From the NCBI GenBank assembly GCA_046734815.1, contig JBKPRZ010000179.1, positions 1,960 to 65,959 of the forward strand: 64,000 nt of DNA, written 5' to 3'. Of the stretch, positions 24,848 through 33,214 are shown one piece after another (the first letter of the stretch is position 1; each line of letters opens with the position of its first letter). The DNA is from Myxococcota bacterium. Lineage in GTDB: Bacteria > Myxococcota_A > Polyangia > Fen-1088. Under the pieces are notes generated by a model, which was not told the DNA's origin, did no database searches, and saw nothing but the letters and a program-made list of their open reading frames with translations. Both the position numbers and the translations under genes were made by a program.

Positions 24848-24857
24848 GCGCGCGCGG

Positions 24858-25607
24858 TCACGTCGCCCGACCGCCGCCGTTCAGCCGCGCGGCCAGGCCT
24901 CGGTTGTCCAGGAAGGTGGCCCGCGTCCGGACCTCCGCCAGCAGGCGGAACATGTCTTCCAGCTGCGGCCACAGCCCCCGCTCGTCGATCTCCCAGGAGT
25001 GGCCCCAGATGTGAAACACGCCCCCTCGCTCGAGGGCCAGGGTCAGGAGCCCGCGCGCGAGGTCGATGGGCTTCACCGGCGCGGCCAGCGGATAGCCGTA
25101 ATCGCGGAGCGCCTTCAGGTGCCCGCGGCGCAGGCAATGCAGGACATGCACGACGCGGGGGTGGGGGTAGACCTGCACGCTGGGCGCGATCCGGAATCGA
25201 TCCGTGGGCCGGTCCAGGCACAGCCAATCGGCCGTGCGGGCGCCCCGGTAGCCGGCAGCGGCGACCTCCACCACGTGCGCCGGGGTGAACTTGCCGCCGG
25301 GATAACAGAAGGAGGCGATCTCGTCCCCGGTCACGTCCGCGAGCCAGCTCTTGCAGTCGCGGATCTCCGCGCGGGCTCGCTCGCGATCCAGCGAGGTGAG
25401 AGGCAGGTGGCTCAGGGTGTGCCCACCGATCTCGAAGCGCTTCGCCAGCTGGGCGACGGCGCGCGCCTCGAGGACCGGACGCTCGGGGTTGGCGCGGGGA
25501 ACGTAGAAGCAGCCGGGGAGCTGGTACTTTTCCAGAAGGTCGGCCAGCCGCAGATCCTGGGGGGCGCCGTCGTCCCAGCTGGTGGTCACCAGCAGCTCAG
25601 CAGGCAC
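24858..25607 (-). CDS. polysaccharide deacetylase (CE4/NodB-like)
   Basis: 249 aa with TSWDDG, GGHTLSH and CYPGG motifs. Confidence 0.85.
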   Translation of the reverse strand: MPAELLVTTSWDDGAPQDLRLADLLEKYQLPGCFYVPRANPERPVLEARAVAQLAKRFEIGGHTLSHLPLTSLDRERARAEIRDCKSWLADVTGDEIASFCYPGGKFTPAHVVEVAAAGYRGARTADWLCLDRPTDRFRIAPSVQVYPHPRVVHVLHCLRRGHLKALRDYGYPLAAPVKPIDLARGLLTLALERGGVFHIWGHSWEIDERGLWPQLEDMFRLLAEVRTRATFLDNRGLAARLNGGGRAT

Positions 25608-26757
25608 GGCCGATCTCCCGGTACAGCTCCTCCAGCTGATCGTGAACCCGGCTCAGCTGGTACCTCTGGCTGGCCAGCCCCAGCGCGGCCTGCCGCATGG
25701 CCGGCCAGCGCTCGGGCTGCGAGAGCAAGTCTTTCAAGCCGTGGCCGAGGGCGTCGGCCGAGGGTTCGACGATGAGCCCCGCGCCCACCTTGGCGACGTC
25801 GTCCAGGTTGCAGGCCCGCGAGAGCAGGCAAGGGACGCCGAAGGCGAGCGCTTCCAGCGCCGTCACGGGGAGCCCCTCCGCGAACGAGGGCAACGTGAAG
25901 ATGGAGGCAGCTCGATAGGCATCTTCGAGCTCATCGCCGGTGAGCAGGCCGGTGAGCAGGACGTTCGGTCCCCGCCAGCCCGGGGTCAGGTCCACCCGGT
26001 TCTCCGCCGGTCCGGCCAGAACGAACACCGGACCATCCGGCGCGAACCGCGCGGCCACGTCGAGGAGGAGATCGACCCCCTTGCCGGCGCGCAGGCGGCC
26101 CACGTAGAGCACGATGGGCCGGCCGTCCACGCCGAAGCGGGCGCGAAAACGCGCGCCGTCGCCGGGGCGCAGCGGGGTGGCCACGCCGTTGGGGATGAGC
26201 CGCAGCTTGTCGCGAGGCACACCCAGCGCCAGACAGCTCTCCGCCTCGGCGTCGGTCATCACCTGGATGGCCTGGCAACGCGCCAGGGTCCTTCGACCGA
26301 GCAGAGACATCAGGGCGCGCTTGACCGCTGCCCGACCCCGGGCGGCCGCGAGGCTGAGCCCACCGTGCGCCGTGAGCAGCACGGGAAGCGAGCGGGCCGC
26401 CGCGCGCTCGACTGCCCGGTAGGTGAGCCAGGTGAAAAACTCGTGCACGTGCACGACGTCGGCGCCGTTCAGGACACGGTCCGCGGCGGAGGCGAAGCCC
26501 AGGGGGGCAAAGAGGTTCTGTCTCACCAGACGCTGGCTGAGGTTTCGCACCCGGACGACCTCCACCGATCCCACACGCTCGCGCAGCACCGGCACCCGCC
26601 CCCGACGTGAGGCGGCGTCGGTGGTGAGCACGGTGACCTCATGCCCGCGGCGGGCCATGTCCTCGGCCAGCTGGCTGCACACCGTCACCGGCCCGCCGAA
26701 CGAAAGGGCAGGCACGTAATAGGGGATGACGTAGGCGATTCGCAAGGGCCCGGTCAA
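25597..26757 (-). CDS. glycosyltransferase family 4
   Basis: LRIAYVIPYY N-terminus and FTLPSFAEGLPVTALEALAFGVPCLLS. Start is TTG 26757 (TTGA overlap with the upstream stop) or TTG 26745. The track ORF extends spuriously to 27102. Confidence 0.85.
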   Translation of the reverse strand: MTGPLRIAYVIPYYVPALSFGGPVTVCSQLAEDMARRGHEVTVLTTDAASRRGRVPVLRERVGSVEVVRVRNLSQRLVRQNLFAPLGFASAADRVLNGADVVHVHEFFTWLTYRAVERAAARSLPVLLTAHGGLSLAAARGRAAVKRALMSLLGRRTLARCQAIQVMTDAEAESCLALGVPRDKLRLIPNGVATPLRPGDGARFRARFGVDGRPIVLYVGRLRAGKGVDLLLDVAARFAPDGPVFVLAGPAENRVDLTPGWRGPNVLLTGLLTGDELEDAYRAASIFTLPSFAEGLPVTALEALAFGVPCLLSRACNLDDVAKVGAGLIVEPSADALGHGLKDLLSQPERWPAMRQAALGLASQRYQLSRVHDQLEELYREIGRAC

Positions 26758-27599
26758 GTATCGCCCGCGCGGCCCGCAACGGTGGACGGTCCCGCTCCCG
26801 CCCCCGCTCCCGTGGCGGCCGGCGGCTGGCAAAGGAGGGCGCAATGGTAGGTGAGGAGACTGGTGGCCAGACGCGGGGTCGAAGCGAGCAAGGTCCGCTT
26901 GACCACATACTTGGCGGTTCCGAGCTTGAACCGGCTCCCCGCCCGCTGCTCGGCGGCATCGTGAATGGCGCGCGAGGGCGTGTACAGCCGTTGCTTCAAC
27001 ACGGTGAGCCCGCAGGTTTGCAGGAGCAACCGGATGGTCCGAGGCGAGAAGAAGTTGATGTGCCCCACTCCGTCCGGCCGATAGCTCTCTCCCATCATCC
27101 ACTCGGCCGAGAGGTTGTCCTCGGTGGGCACCTCCACCAGGACGTGGTTGCCCAGGCGGCTCGCCTCGTAGAGCAGGAGCCGAGGATTCTCCACGTGCTC
27201 GATGACGTGGCTGAGGATGACCAGGTCGAACTGCCGCTGACGGTAGGGGAGCCGGTAGCCATCAAAAAGTGAACACTCCACCAGGTGCGGTATCTCTCGC
27301 TTGCGAATGATCTCCACAGCGGAGGACGAGATCTCCGCGGCATAGAGGCGCTGGCCGAACGCCAGCTGGCTGAGACGAAGGAGGACCGAGCCCTCGCCCG
27401 CCCCGATCTCCAGGACAGTGGCCGGGGCGAGGTCACGGGCGAGGTCGACCACACTTTGCGCCTTGTCGAGCGCGCCCAGCCACCGCCAGGCCGCCTCCGA
27501 CCCGTCGTAGGCGTGGTCGTAGAGAGCCTGGAGGTCCTTTCGCACCTGGGGCTGGCCCATGTCGTCCGCATCAATACCCCGAAGGTTTCTCTGGTTCAA
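26754..27599 (-). CDS. class I SAM-dependent methyltransferase
   Basis: 281 aa. Motif I VLEIGAGEGSVLL. DLVILSHVIEHVENP. Confidence 0.85.
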   Translation of the reverse strand: MNQRNLRGIDADDMGQPQVRKDLQALYDHAYDGSEAAWRWLGALDKAQSVVDLARDLAPATVLEIGAGEGSVLLRLSQLAFGQRLYAAEISSSAVEIIRKREIPHLVECSLFDGYRLPYRQRQFDLVILSHVIEHVENPRLLLYEASRLGNHVLVEVPTEDNLSAEWMMGESYRPDGVGHINFFSPRTIRLLLQTCGLTVLKQRLYTPSRAIHDAAEQRAGSRFKLGTAKYVVKRTLLASTPRLATSLLTYHCALLCQPPAATGAGAGAGPSTVAGRAGDT

Positions 27600-27614
27600 A
27601 TCCGGCGGCCCGCG

Positions 27615-27643
27615 TTGACGCCCGGGATTGGCTTGTCTACGTT
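27615..27643 (+). promoter_or_regulatory. candidate sigma-70-type promoter
   Basis: TTGACG (27615-27620), a 17-nt spacer, then TACGTT (27638-27643). About 80 nt upstream of GTG 27722, in a divergent intergenic region. Confidence 0.4.
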
Positions 27644-27721
27644 ACGTTCATGTTGGGCTACGCAGCGGCGGCCTTCGTCAGGCGGCGGTGCTGGTGAGCT
27701 GGTGACGAGGAACGCCAGCCC

Positions 27722-28486
27722 GTGACCCGGTCCTCCCTGCACGACACGCTGGTGCGGCTGGCGCCCCGTTCGGCGGCCCTCCGGCTGGCGGTCTACCTGC
27801 GGGAGATGGCCCGCCTGGGGCGGTCGGCCGGGCCCGGTCCGCTGGGCGGCTGGATGCGCGAGTTCCCGCGCTGGCAACGGACCATCCGGTCAGGGGTGAG
27901 CCCGCTGCAGGCGCAGACCCCCTGGATCACCTACGGCGCCATCCGCTTCGTCGAGGAGTTGCTGCGGCCGGAGATGCGGGTGTTCGAATACGGCGCCGGG
28001 GGATCGACCCTGTTCTTCGCCGCGCGCGTCCGCGAGGGGGTCTCGGTGGAGCACGACCCGGCCTGGGCGCAGGCCGTCCGCGCCGCGCTGGCCGAGCGGG
28101 GGCGCACGAACTGGAAGGTCCAGCTTGTCGAACCGGTGGCCGACGACAACGGCGCCGACCCGGCCGATCCCGATGGCTACGCGTCCTCGGATCCGCCCTC
28201 GGCCGGGCGGTCGTTCCGGGCCTATGCCGCCGCCATCGAGGCCTTCCCCCCGGCCAGCTTCGATCTGGTGGTCATCGATGGACGCGCGCGCCCCTCCTGC
28301 TTCCGGCACGCCTGGCCGCGGGTCACGCCGGGCGGGTGGCTGCTGCTCGACAACGCCGAACGCGCCACCTACGGCCGCGTGCACGTCGAGCTCGAGCGCA
28401 TGGGCTGGAGCAAGCGGTGCTTCCCCGGCCCCACGCCCTACGCGTTCAACTTCTCCGAGACCTGCCTCTGGCAGCGCCCCTCCTGA
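27722..28486 (+). CDS. class I SAM-dependent methyltransferase-like protein (TylF/Methyltransf_24-like)
   Basis: 254 aa. VFEYGAGGSTLFFA (motif I), DLVVIDG, GGWLLLDN. Confidence 0.7.
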   Translation: MTRSSLHDTLVRLAPRSAALRLAVYLREMARLGRSAGPGPLGGWMREFPRWQRTIRSGVSPLQAQTPWITYGAIRFVEELLRPEMRVFEYGAGGSTLFFAARVREGVSVEHDPAWAQAVRAALAERGRTNWKVQLVEPVADDNGADPADPDGYASSDPPSAGRSFRAYAAAIEAFPPASFDLVVIDGRARPSCFRHAWPRVTPGGWLLLDNAERATYGRVHVELERMGWSKRCFPGPTPYAFNFSETCLWQRPS

Positions 28487-28661
28487 GGGCTGTCGGCGCA
28501 CGAGACACCTGCAGGCCCGGCCAATCCCGCGCCGTAGGGGGCGGTCCTGCGTCGCGATCGGCGGAGAGTTCAGCAGCGGCAGCAGCGATGCTGTATCATG
28601 CGGCGAGGCGTTGCATCGCGGGGCTGCAGAGCTCCGCACAGGACCTCGGGAGGTCGAGAGC

Positions 28662-29435
28662 ATGAAAGTCGTGATTCTGGCCGGCGGCATGGGTACCCGT
28701 CTCAGCGAGGAGACAGCGGTCAAGCCCAAGCCGATGGTCGAGATCGGCGGCAAGCCGATCCTGTGGCACATCATGAAGATCTTCTCCGCCCACGGCCTGC
28801 ACGAGTTCGTGATCTGCCTGGGGTACAAGGGCTACGTCATCAAGGAATACTTCGCGAACTACTTCCTCCACACCTCGGACGTGACCATCAATCTGGCCAC
28901 CAACGGTCTGGAGGTTCACAACAGCAAGGCCGAGCCCTGGAAGATCACCCTTGTCGACACCGGGGACCAGTCCATGACCGGCGGGCGGCTCAAGCGGGTG
29001 GCGCCTTACCTCCACCCCAACGAGCGGTTCTGCATGACCTACGGCGACGGGCTGGCGGACATCAACGTCACCGACCTGATCCGCTTTGCCAAGAAACGTG
29101 GGACCCTGGCCACCTTGACCGCCACCCAGCCGGGAGGCCGGTTCGGCGCGCTGGAGCTGTCGGACGAGACGGTGCGCGCGTTCCGGGAGAAGCCGGCCGG
29201 GGACGGCGGCTGGATCAACGGCGGGTTCTTCGTGCTCCACCCCGAGGTGCTCTCGTACATCGAGGGCGACGGCACGGTGTGGGAGCGCGAACCGATGGAG
29301 CGCCTGGCGAAGGAGGGGCAGCTCTCGGCTTACTTGCACCGGGGTTTCTGGCACCCGCTCGATACCCTGCGCGACAAGCGGGCGCTGGACGAGCAGTGGA
29401 GCGGGGGCGCGGCGCCCTGGAGAATCTGGGACTGA
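28662..29435 (+). CDS. rfbF: glucose-1-phosphate cytidylyltransferase
   Basis: Internal ATG of track ORF 28125..29435, preceded by GGGAGG. MKVVILAGGMGTRLSEET, KPKPMVEIGGKPILWHIM, 257 aa. Confidence 0.95.
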   Translation: MKVVILAGGMGTRLSEETAVKPKPMVEIGGKPILWHIMKIFSAHGLHEFVICLGYKGYVIKEYFANYFLHTSDVTINLATNGLEVHNSKAEPWKITLVDTGDQSMTGGRLKRVAPYLHPNERFCMTYGDGLADINVTDLIRFAKKRGTLATLTATQPGGRFGALELSDETVRAFREKPAGDGGWINGGFFVLHPEVLSYIEGDGTVWEREPMERLAKEGQLSAYLHRGFWHPLDTLRDKRALDEQWSGGAAPWRIWD

Positions 29436-30502
29436 TGGACCGCCGCTTCTGGCGGGGCAGGCGGGTGCTCCTGACCGGACACACCGGCTTCAAGGGAAGC
29501 TGGCTGTCCCTCTGGTTGCAGGAGGCGGGCGCGGAAGTGCTCGGTTACGCCCTCGATCCACCCACCGAGCCGAGCTTGTTTTCCCTGGCCGACGTGGCGG
29601 CGGGAATGAAACACGTGCTGGGCGACGTGCGGGACGCCGAGAAGGTGCGCCACCTGTTCAAGGACTTCCAGCCCGAGATGGTCTTTCACCTGGCGGCGCA
29701 AGCTCTGGTGCGAGACTCCTACGAGCGGCCGGTCGAGACCTTCGCCACCAACGTGATGGGCACCGCGCACGTGCTGGAGGCCGTCCGGGCCACGCCGTCG
29801 GTGAAGGTGGCGGTGATGGTCACCAGCGACAAGTGTTACGAGAACCGCGAATGGGTATGGGGCTACCGGGAGCAGGACCCCATGGGCGGTCACGATCCCT
29901 ATTCCGCCAGCAAGGGCTGCGCCGAGCTGGTGGTCGCGTCGTATCGACGGTCCTTCTTCGCCGATGGCTCGGGGCGAGCGGCGGCGCTGGCCAGCGTGCG
30001 GGCCGGCAACGTGATCGGCGGCGGTGACTGGGCCCGCGACCGGTTGCTGCCGGACGCCGTGCGCGCCTTTGCCAGGGGACAATCGCTGGTGGTGCGGAAC
30101 CCGGCCGCGGTACGACCCTGGCAACACGTGCTCGAGCCGCTGGATGGTTACCTGCGGCTGGCCGAGCAGCTGCACGCGGACGGACCGCGGTTCGAGGGCG
30201 CCTGGAACTTCGGGCCCGACGACACCGATTCGCGGAGCGTGGAGGAGGTCATCGGGCTGGTGACCCGGCTGTGGGGTGAGGGGGTCGCCTGGGAACGGGA
30301 TGGAAGCGTGCAGCCGCACGAAGCCCGGTCCCTGCGTCTGGATTGTTCTAAGGCCAGGCTGCTGCTGGGCTGGAAGCCGCGGCTGGACCTGGAGGCGGCG
30401 CTGGGCTGGGTGGTCGCCTGGTACAAGGACTGGCAGCACGGAGCCAACATCCGGGCGCTCAGCTTGCGCGACATCAACCGGTACGAGGCGCTGCGATCAT
30501 GA
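29435..30502 (+). CDS. rfbG: CDP-glucose 4,6-dehydratase
   Basis: Its ATG shares one base with the rfbF stop (TGATG). VLLTGHTGFKGSWL (NAD-binding), YSASKGCAEL (YxxxK), 355 aa. Confidence 0.95.
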   Translation: MDRRFWRGRRVLLTGHTGFKGSWLSLWLQEAGAEVLGYALDPPTEPSLFSLADVAAGMKHVLGDVRDAEKVRHLFKDFQPEMVFHLAAQALVRDSYERPVETFATNVMGTAHVLEAVRATPSVKVAVMVTSDKCYENREWVWGYREQDPMGGHDPYSASKGCAELVVASYRRSFFADGSGRAAALASVRAGNVIGGGDWARDRLLPDAVRAFARGQSLVVRNPAAVRPWQHVLEPLDGYLRLAEQLHADGPRFEGAWNFGPDDTDSRSVEEVIGLVTRLWGEGVAWERDGSVQPHEARSLRLDCSKARLLLGWKPRLDLEAALGWVVAWYKDWQHGANIRALSLRDINRYEALRS

Positions 30503-31746
30503 CTCAATCGAAGGTGCACTGCCGCCTGTGCGAGGCGGAGCTGTCGCGGGTATTCGTCGACCTCGGGATGTCGCCGCTGTCGAACGCCTACCTGCCGTCC
30601 GACCGGCTGCACGAGATGGAGCCTTTTTACCCGCTGCGGGTGTACGTGTGCGAGCGTTGCCTGCTGGTCCAGCTGCCCGAGGTGCAGAAGGCGGCCAGCA
30701 TCTTCGGCGACGAGTACCTCTACTTTTCCTCGTACTCCGATTCCTGGCTGCGCCACTGCGAGCGCTACGCGGCCATGGCCTGCGAGCGCTTCCAGTTGTC
30801 GCGCGACAGCCTGGTGGTCGAGCTGGCCAGCAACGACGGGTACCTCCTCCAATATTTCCTGGCCCGCGGCATTCCCGTGCTGGGGGTCGAGCCGTCGAGC
30901 AACGTGGCCAGGGTGGCGGTCGAGCAGAAAGGGGTGCCCACCCTGGTGCGCTTCTTCGGGGTGGAGACCGCCCGCCAGCTGCGCGCCGAGGGCAAGACCG
31001 CCGACCTGATCGTGGGCAACAACGTGCTGGCGCACGTGCCGGACCTTCACGATTTCGTGGGCGGCATGAAGGAGCTGCTGGCCCCGGGCGGCACCATCAC
31101 GGTCGAGTTCCCGCACCTGGTCCGGCTGATCGAGCAGAATCAGTTCGACACCATCTACCACGAACATTTCAGCTACTTCTCCTTCCTCACCGCCCGCAAG
31201 GCCTTCGAGGCCCATGGGATGCTGGTCTTCGACGTGGAGGAATTGCCCACCCACGGAGGTTCGTTGCGGCTGTACGTGCGCCACGCGGAGGGCGATCGTC
31301 GGCCGGTCACCCCCGCGGTGGGCGAGCTGGACGCCAGGGAACGCGCCGCCGGCTACGCCGAGCTGCCCGCCCACCTGGCCTTCCGCACCCGCGTCGAACG
31401 CACCAAGCGCGACCTCCTCGCCTTCCTGATCGAGGCCCGGAGCGCGGGCAAGCGGGTCTGCGGGTACGGCGCTCCCGCCAAGGGTAACACCCTGCTGAAC
31501 TACTGCGGCGTGCGCGAGGACTTCGTCGACTTCACGGTCGATCGCAGCCCGCACAAGCAAGGGCGTCACCTGCCGGGAACCCACATCCCGATCTTCGCGC
31601 CCGAGCGCCTGGATCAGGCGCGCCCGGACTACGTCCTGATCCTGCCATGGAACCTGAAGGACGAGATCATCACCCAGTTGTCGGCGGTGCGCGGCTGGCG
31701 TGGCCGCTTCGTGGTTCCCATCCCGCAGCTCGAGATCATCGAATGA
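30499..31746 (+). CDS. NDP-hexose C-methyltransferase (TylCIII-like architecture: Zn knuckle + SAM fold + C-methyltransferase C-terminal domain)
   Basis: 415 aa. HCRLCEAEL...VCERCLLVQ, then VVELASNDGYLL, then YHEHFSYFS. ATGA overlap with rfbG. Confidence 0.85.
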   Translation: MTQSKVHCRLCEAELSRVFVDLGMSPLSNAYLPSDRLHEMEPFYPLRVYVCERCLLVQLPEVQKAASIFGDEYLYFSSYSDSWLRHCERYAAMACERFQLSRDSLVVELASNDGYLLQYFLARGIPVLGVEPSSNVARVAVEQKGVPTLVRFFGVETARQLRAEGKTADLIVGNNVLAHVPDLHDFVGGMKELLAPGGTITVEFPHLVRLIEQNQFDTIYHEHFSYFSFLTARKAFEAHGMLVFDVEELPTHGGSLRLYVRHAEGDRRPVTPAVGELDARERAAGYAELPAHLAFRTRVERTKRDLLAFLIEARSAGKRVCGYGAPAKGNTLLNYCGVREDFVDFTVDRSPHKQGRHLPGTHIPIFAPERLDQARPDYVLILPWNLKDEIITQLSAVRGWRGRFVVPIPQLEIIE

Positions 31747-32276
31747 AGGTCACGCCCGCGGGCCTCGACGGGGCGTTCGCGATCGATCTCGAGCCACACA
31801 CGGACGAGCGCGGTTTCTTCGCCCGGTCGTTCTGCGCCGACGAGCTGGCCCGGCACGGGCTGAACGGCCGGGTCAGCCAGATGAACGTGTCGTTCAACCG
31901 CAGCAAGGGCACCCTGCGCGGCATGCACTACCAGCGCGATCCGCACGGCGAGGAGAAGATCGTGCGCTGCACGCGCGGTAGCATCGTGGACGTGATCGTG
32001 GACATTCGGCCCCGCTCGTCCACCCGCGGCCGCTGGGTGGCGCTGGAGCTCACGGCGGACAACCGCCGTGCGCTGTACATTCCCCTGGGCTTTGCCCATG
32101 GCTTCCAGACCTTGACCGACGACGCCGAGGTGCTGTACCTGATGAGCAACTCGTATGTGCCCGGGTCGGCCGCCGGGTATCGATACGACGATCCCGTCTT
32201 CGGGATCCGCTGGCCCGAGCGCCCCACCGTCATCTCGGCCAAGGACCTGGATTACCCGCCGTTCGAGGCCGCATGA
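31743..32276 (+). CDS. NDP-4-keto-6-deoxyhexose 3,5-epimerase (RmlC-type cupin)
   Basis: 177 aa. RGFFARSF, LRGMHYQ, RGSIVDVIVDIR, YIPLGFAHGFQTL. ATGA overlap upstream. Confidence 0.9.
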   Translation: MKVTPAGLDGAFAIDLEPHTDERGFFARSFCADELARHGLNGRVSQMNVSFNRSKGTLRGMHYQRDPHGEEKIVRCTRGSIVDVIVDIRPRSSTRGRWVALELTADNRRALYIPLGFAHGFQTLTDDAEVLYLMSNSYVPGSAAGYRYDDPVFGIRWPERPTVISAKDLDYPPFEAA

Positions 32277-33214
32277 AACGCGCGCTGGTCACCGGTGCGG
32301 GCGGCTTCGTGGGCCGCTGGACCTTGCAAGCGCTGATCGAGCGCGGCTACGAGGTGCACGCCTGGGACCTGCGCGAAGCTCCGCCCGGGCAAGAGCGGAT
32401 CACCTGGCACCGGGGGGACCTGCTCGCCCCGGGCGAGATCGGGCGCGTCCTCCGCTCAGTGCGACCCACCCACCTCCTGCACATGGCGTGGTACGCGGCG
32501 CACGGGAAGTTCTGGCACGCCGAGCAGAATGTGCCCTTCTTGCAGGCCAGTCTCGAGTTGCTGCTGACCTTCCAGGAGATCGCCGGGCAGCGGATGGTCG
32601 GGGTGGGGACCTGCGCGGAATACGACTGGGCCCACGGGTACTGCGCCGAAGGCGTGACCCCGTTGCGCCCGGCAACCCTGTATGGCGTGGCGAAAGATGC
32701 GCTCCGGCGCGTCCTCGAGAGCTTTGCTCCCGGACGCGGCATCAGCTGGGCCTGGGCCCGGCTGTTCCTGCTGTACGGACCGAACGAGGACCGCCGCCGC
32801 CTGGTGGCCTCGGCCATCACGTCGCTGCTGCAGGGGCAGGAAGCGCCCTTTTCCCATGGGCAGCAGGTCCGCGACTTCATGCACGTCCGGGACGTGGCGG
32901 GCGCGCTGGTGGCCCTGCTGGACTCGGCGGTGGAGGGCGCGGTCAACGTCGCCTCGGGCACCCCCACCCGCATCCGCGACCTGGTGGAAGAGATCGCCGG
33001 GATCCTGCAGACCCCCCAGCTGGTTCGCTTCGGGGCGTTGCCCGCGCCCCCCGACGATCCCCCGCTGCTGCTGGCCAGCACGCGCCGGCTGGTCGAGGAG
33101 GTGCGCTTCGTCCCGCGCTTCGATCTGCACGCGGGTCTGAAGGACACGATCGAGTGGTGGCGCGGATCCCCGGGTCTGAGCGTTCGAGCTGATGAGCGTC
33201 CTTCCGACCGGTAG
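32273..33214 (+). CDS. NAD(P)-dependent epimerase/dehydratase-family reductase (probable 4-ketoreductase)
   Basis: 313 aa. ALVTGAGGFVGRW, YGVAKDAL (YxxxK). ATGA overlap upstream. Confidence 0.85.
   Translation: MKRALVTGAGGFVGRWTLQALIERGYEVHAWDLREAPPGQERITWHRGDLLAPGEIGRVLRSVRPTHLLHMAWYAAHGKFWHAEQNVPFLQASLELLLTFQEIAGQRMVGVGTCAEYDWAHGYCAEGVTPLRPATLYGVAKDALRRVLESFAPGRGISWAWARLFLLYGPNEDRRRLVASAITSLLQGQEAPFSHGQQVRDFMHVRDVAGALVALLDSAVEGAVNVASGTPTRIRDLVEEIAGILQTPQLVRFGALPAPPDDPPLLLASTRRLVEEVRFVPRFDLHAGLKDTIEWWRGSPGLSVRADERPSDR

Noticed and set aside
28601-28616. cGGCgaggcgtTGCat upstream of rfbF as a possible sigma-54 promoter
   Set aside because: The spacing is one nucleotide short of consensus and the -24 block is poor (CGGCGA versus TGGCAC).
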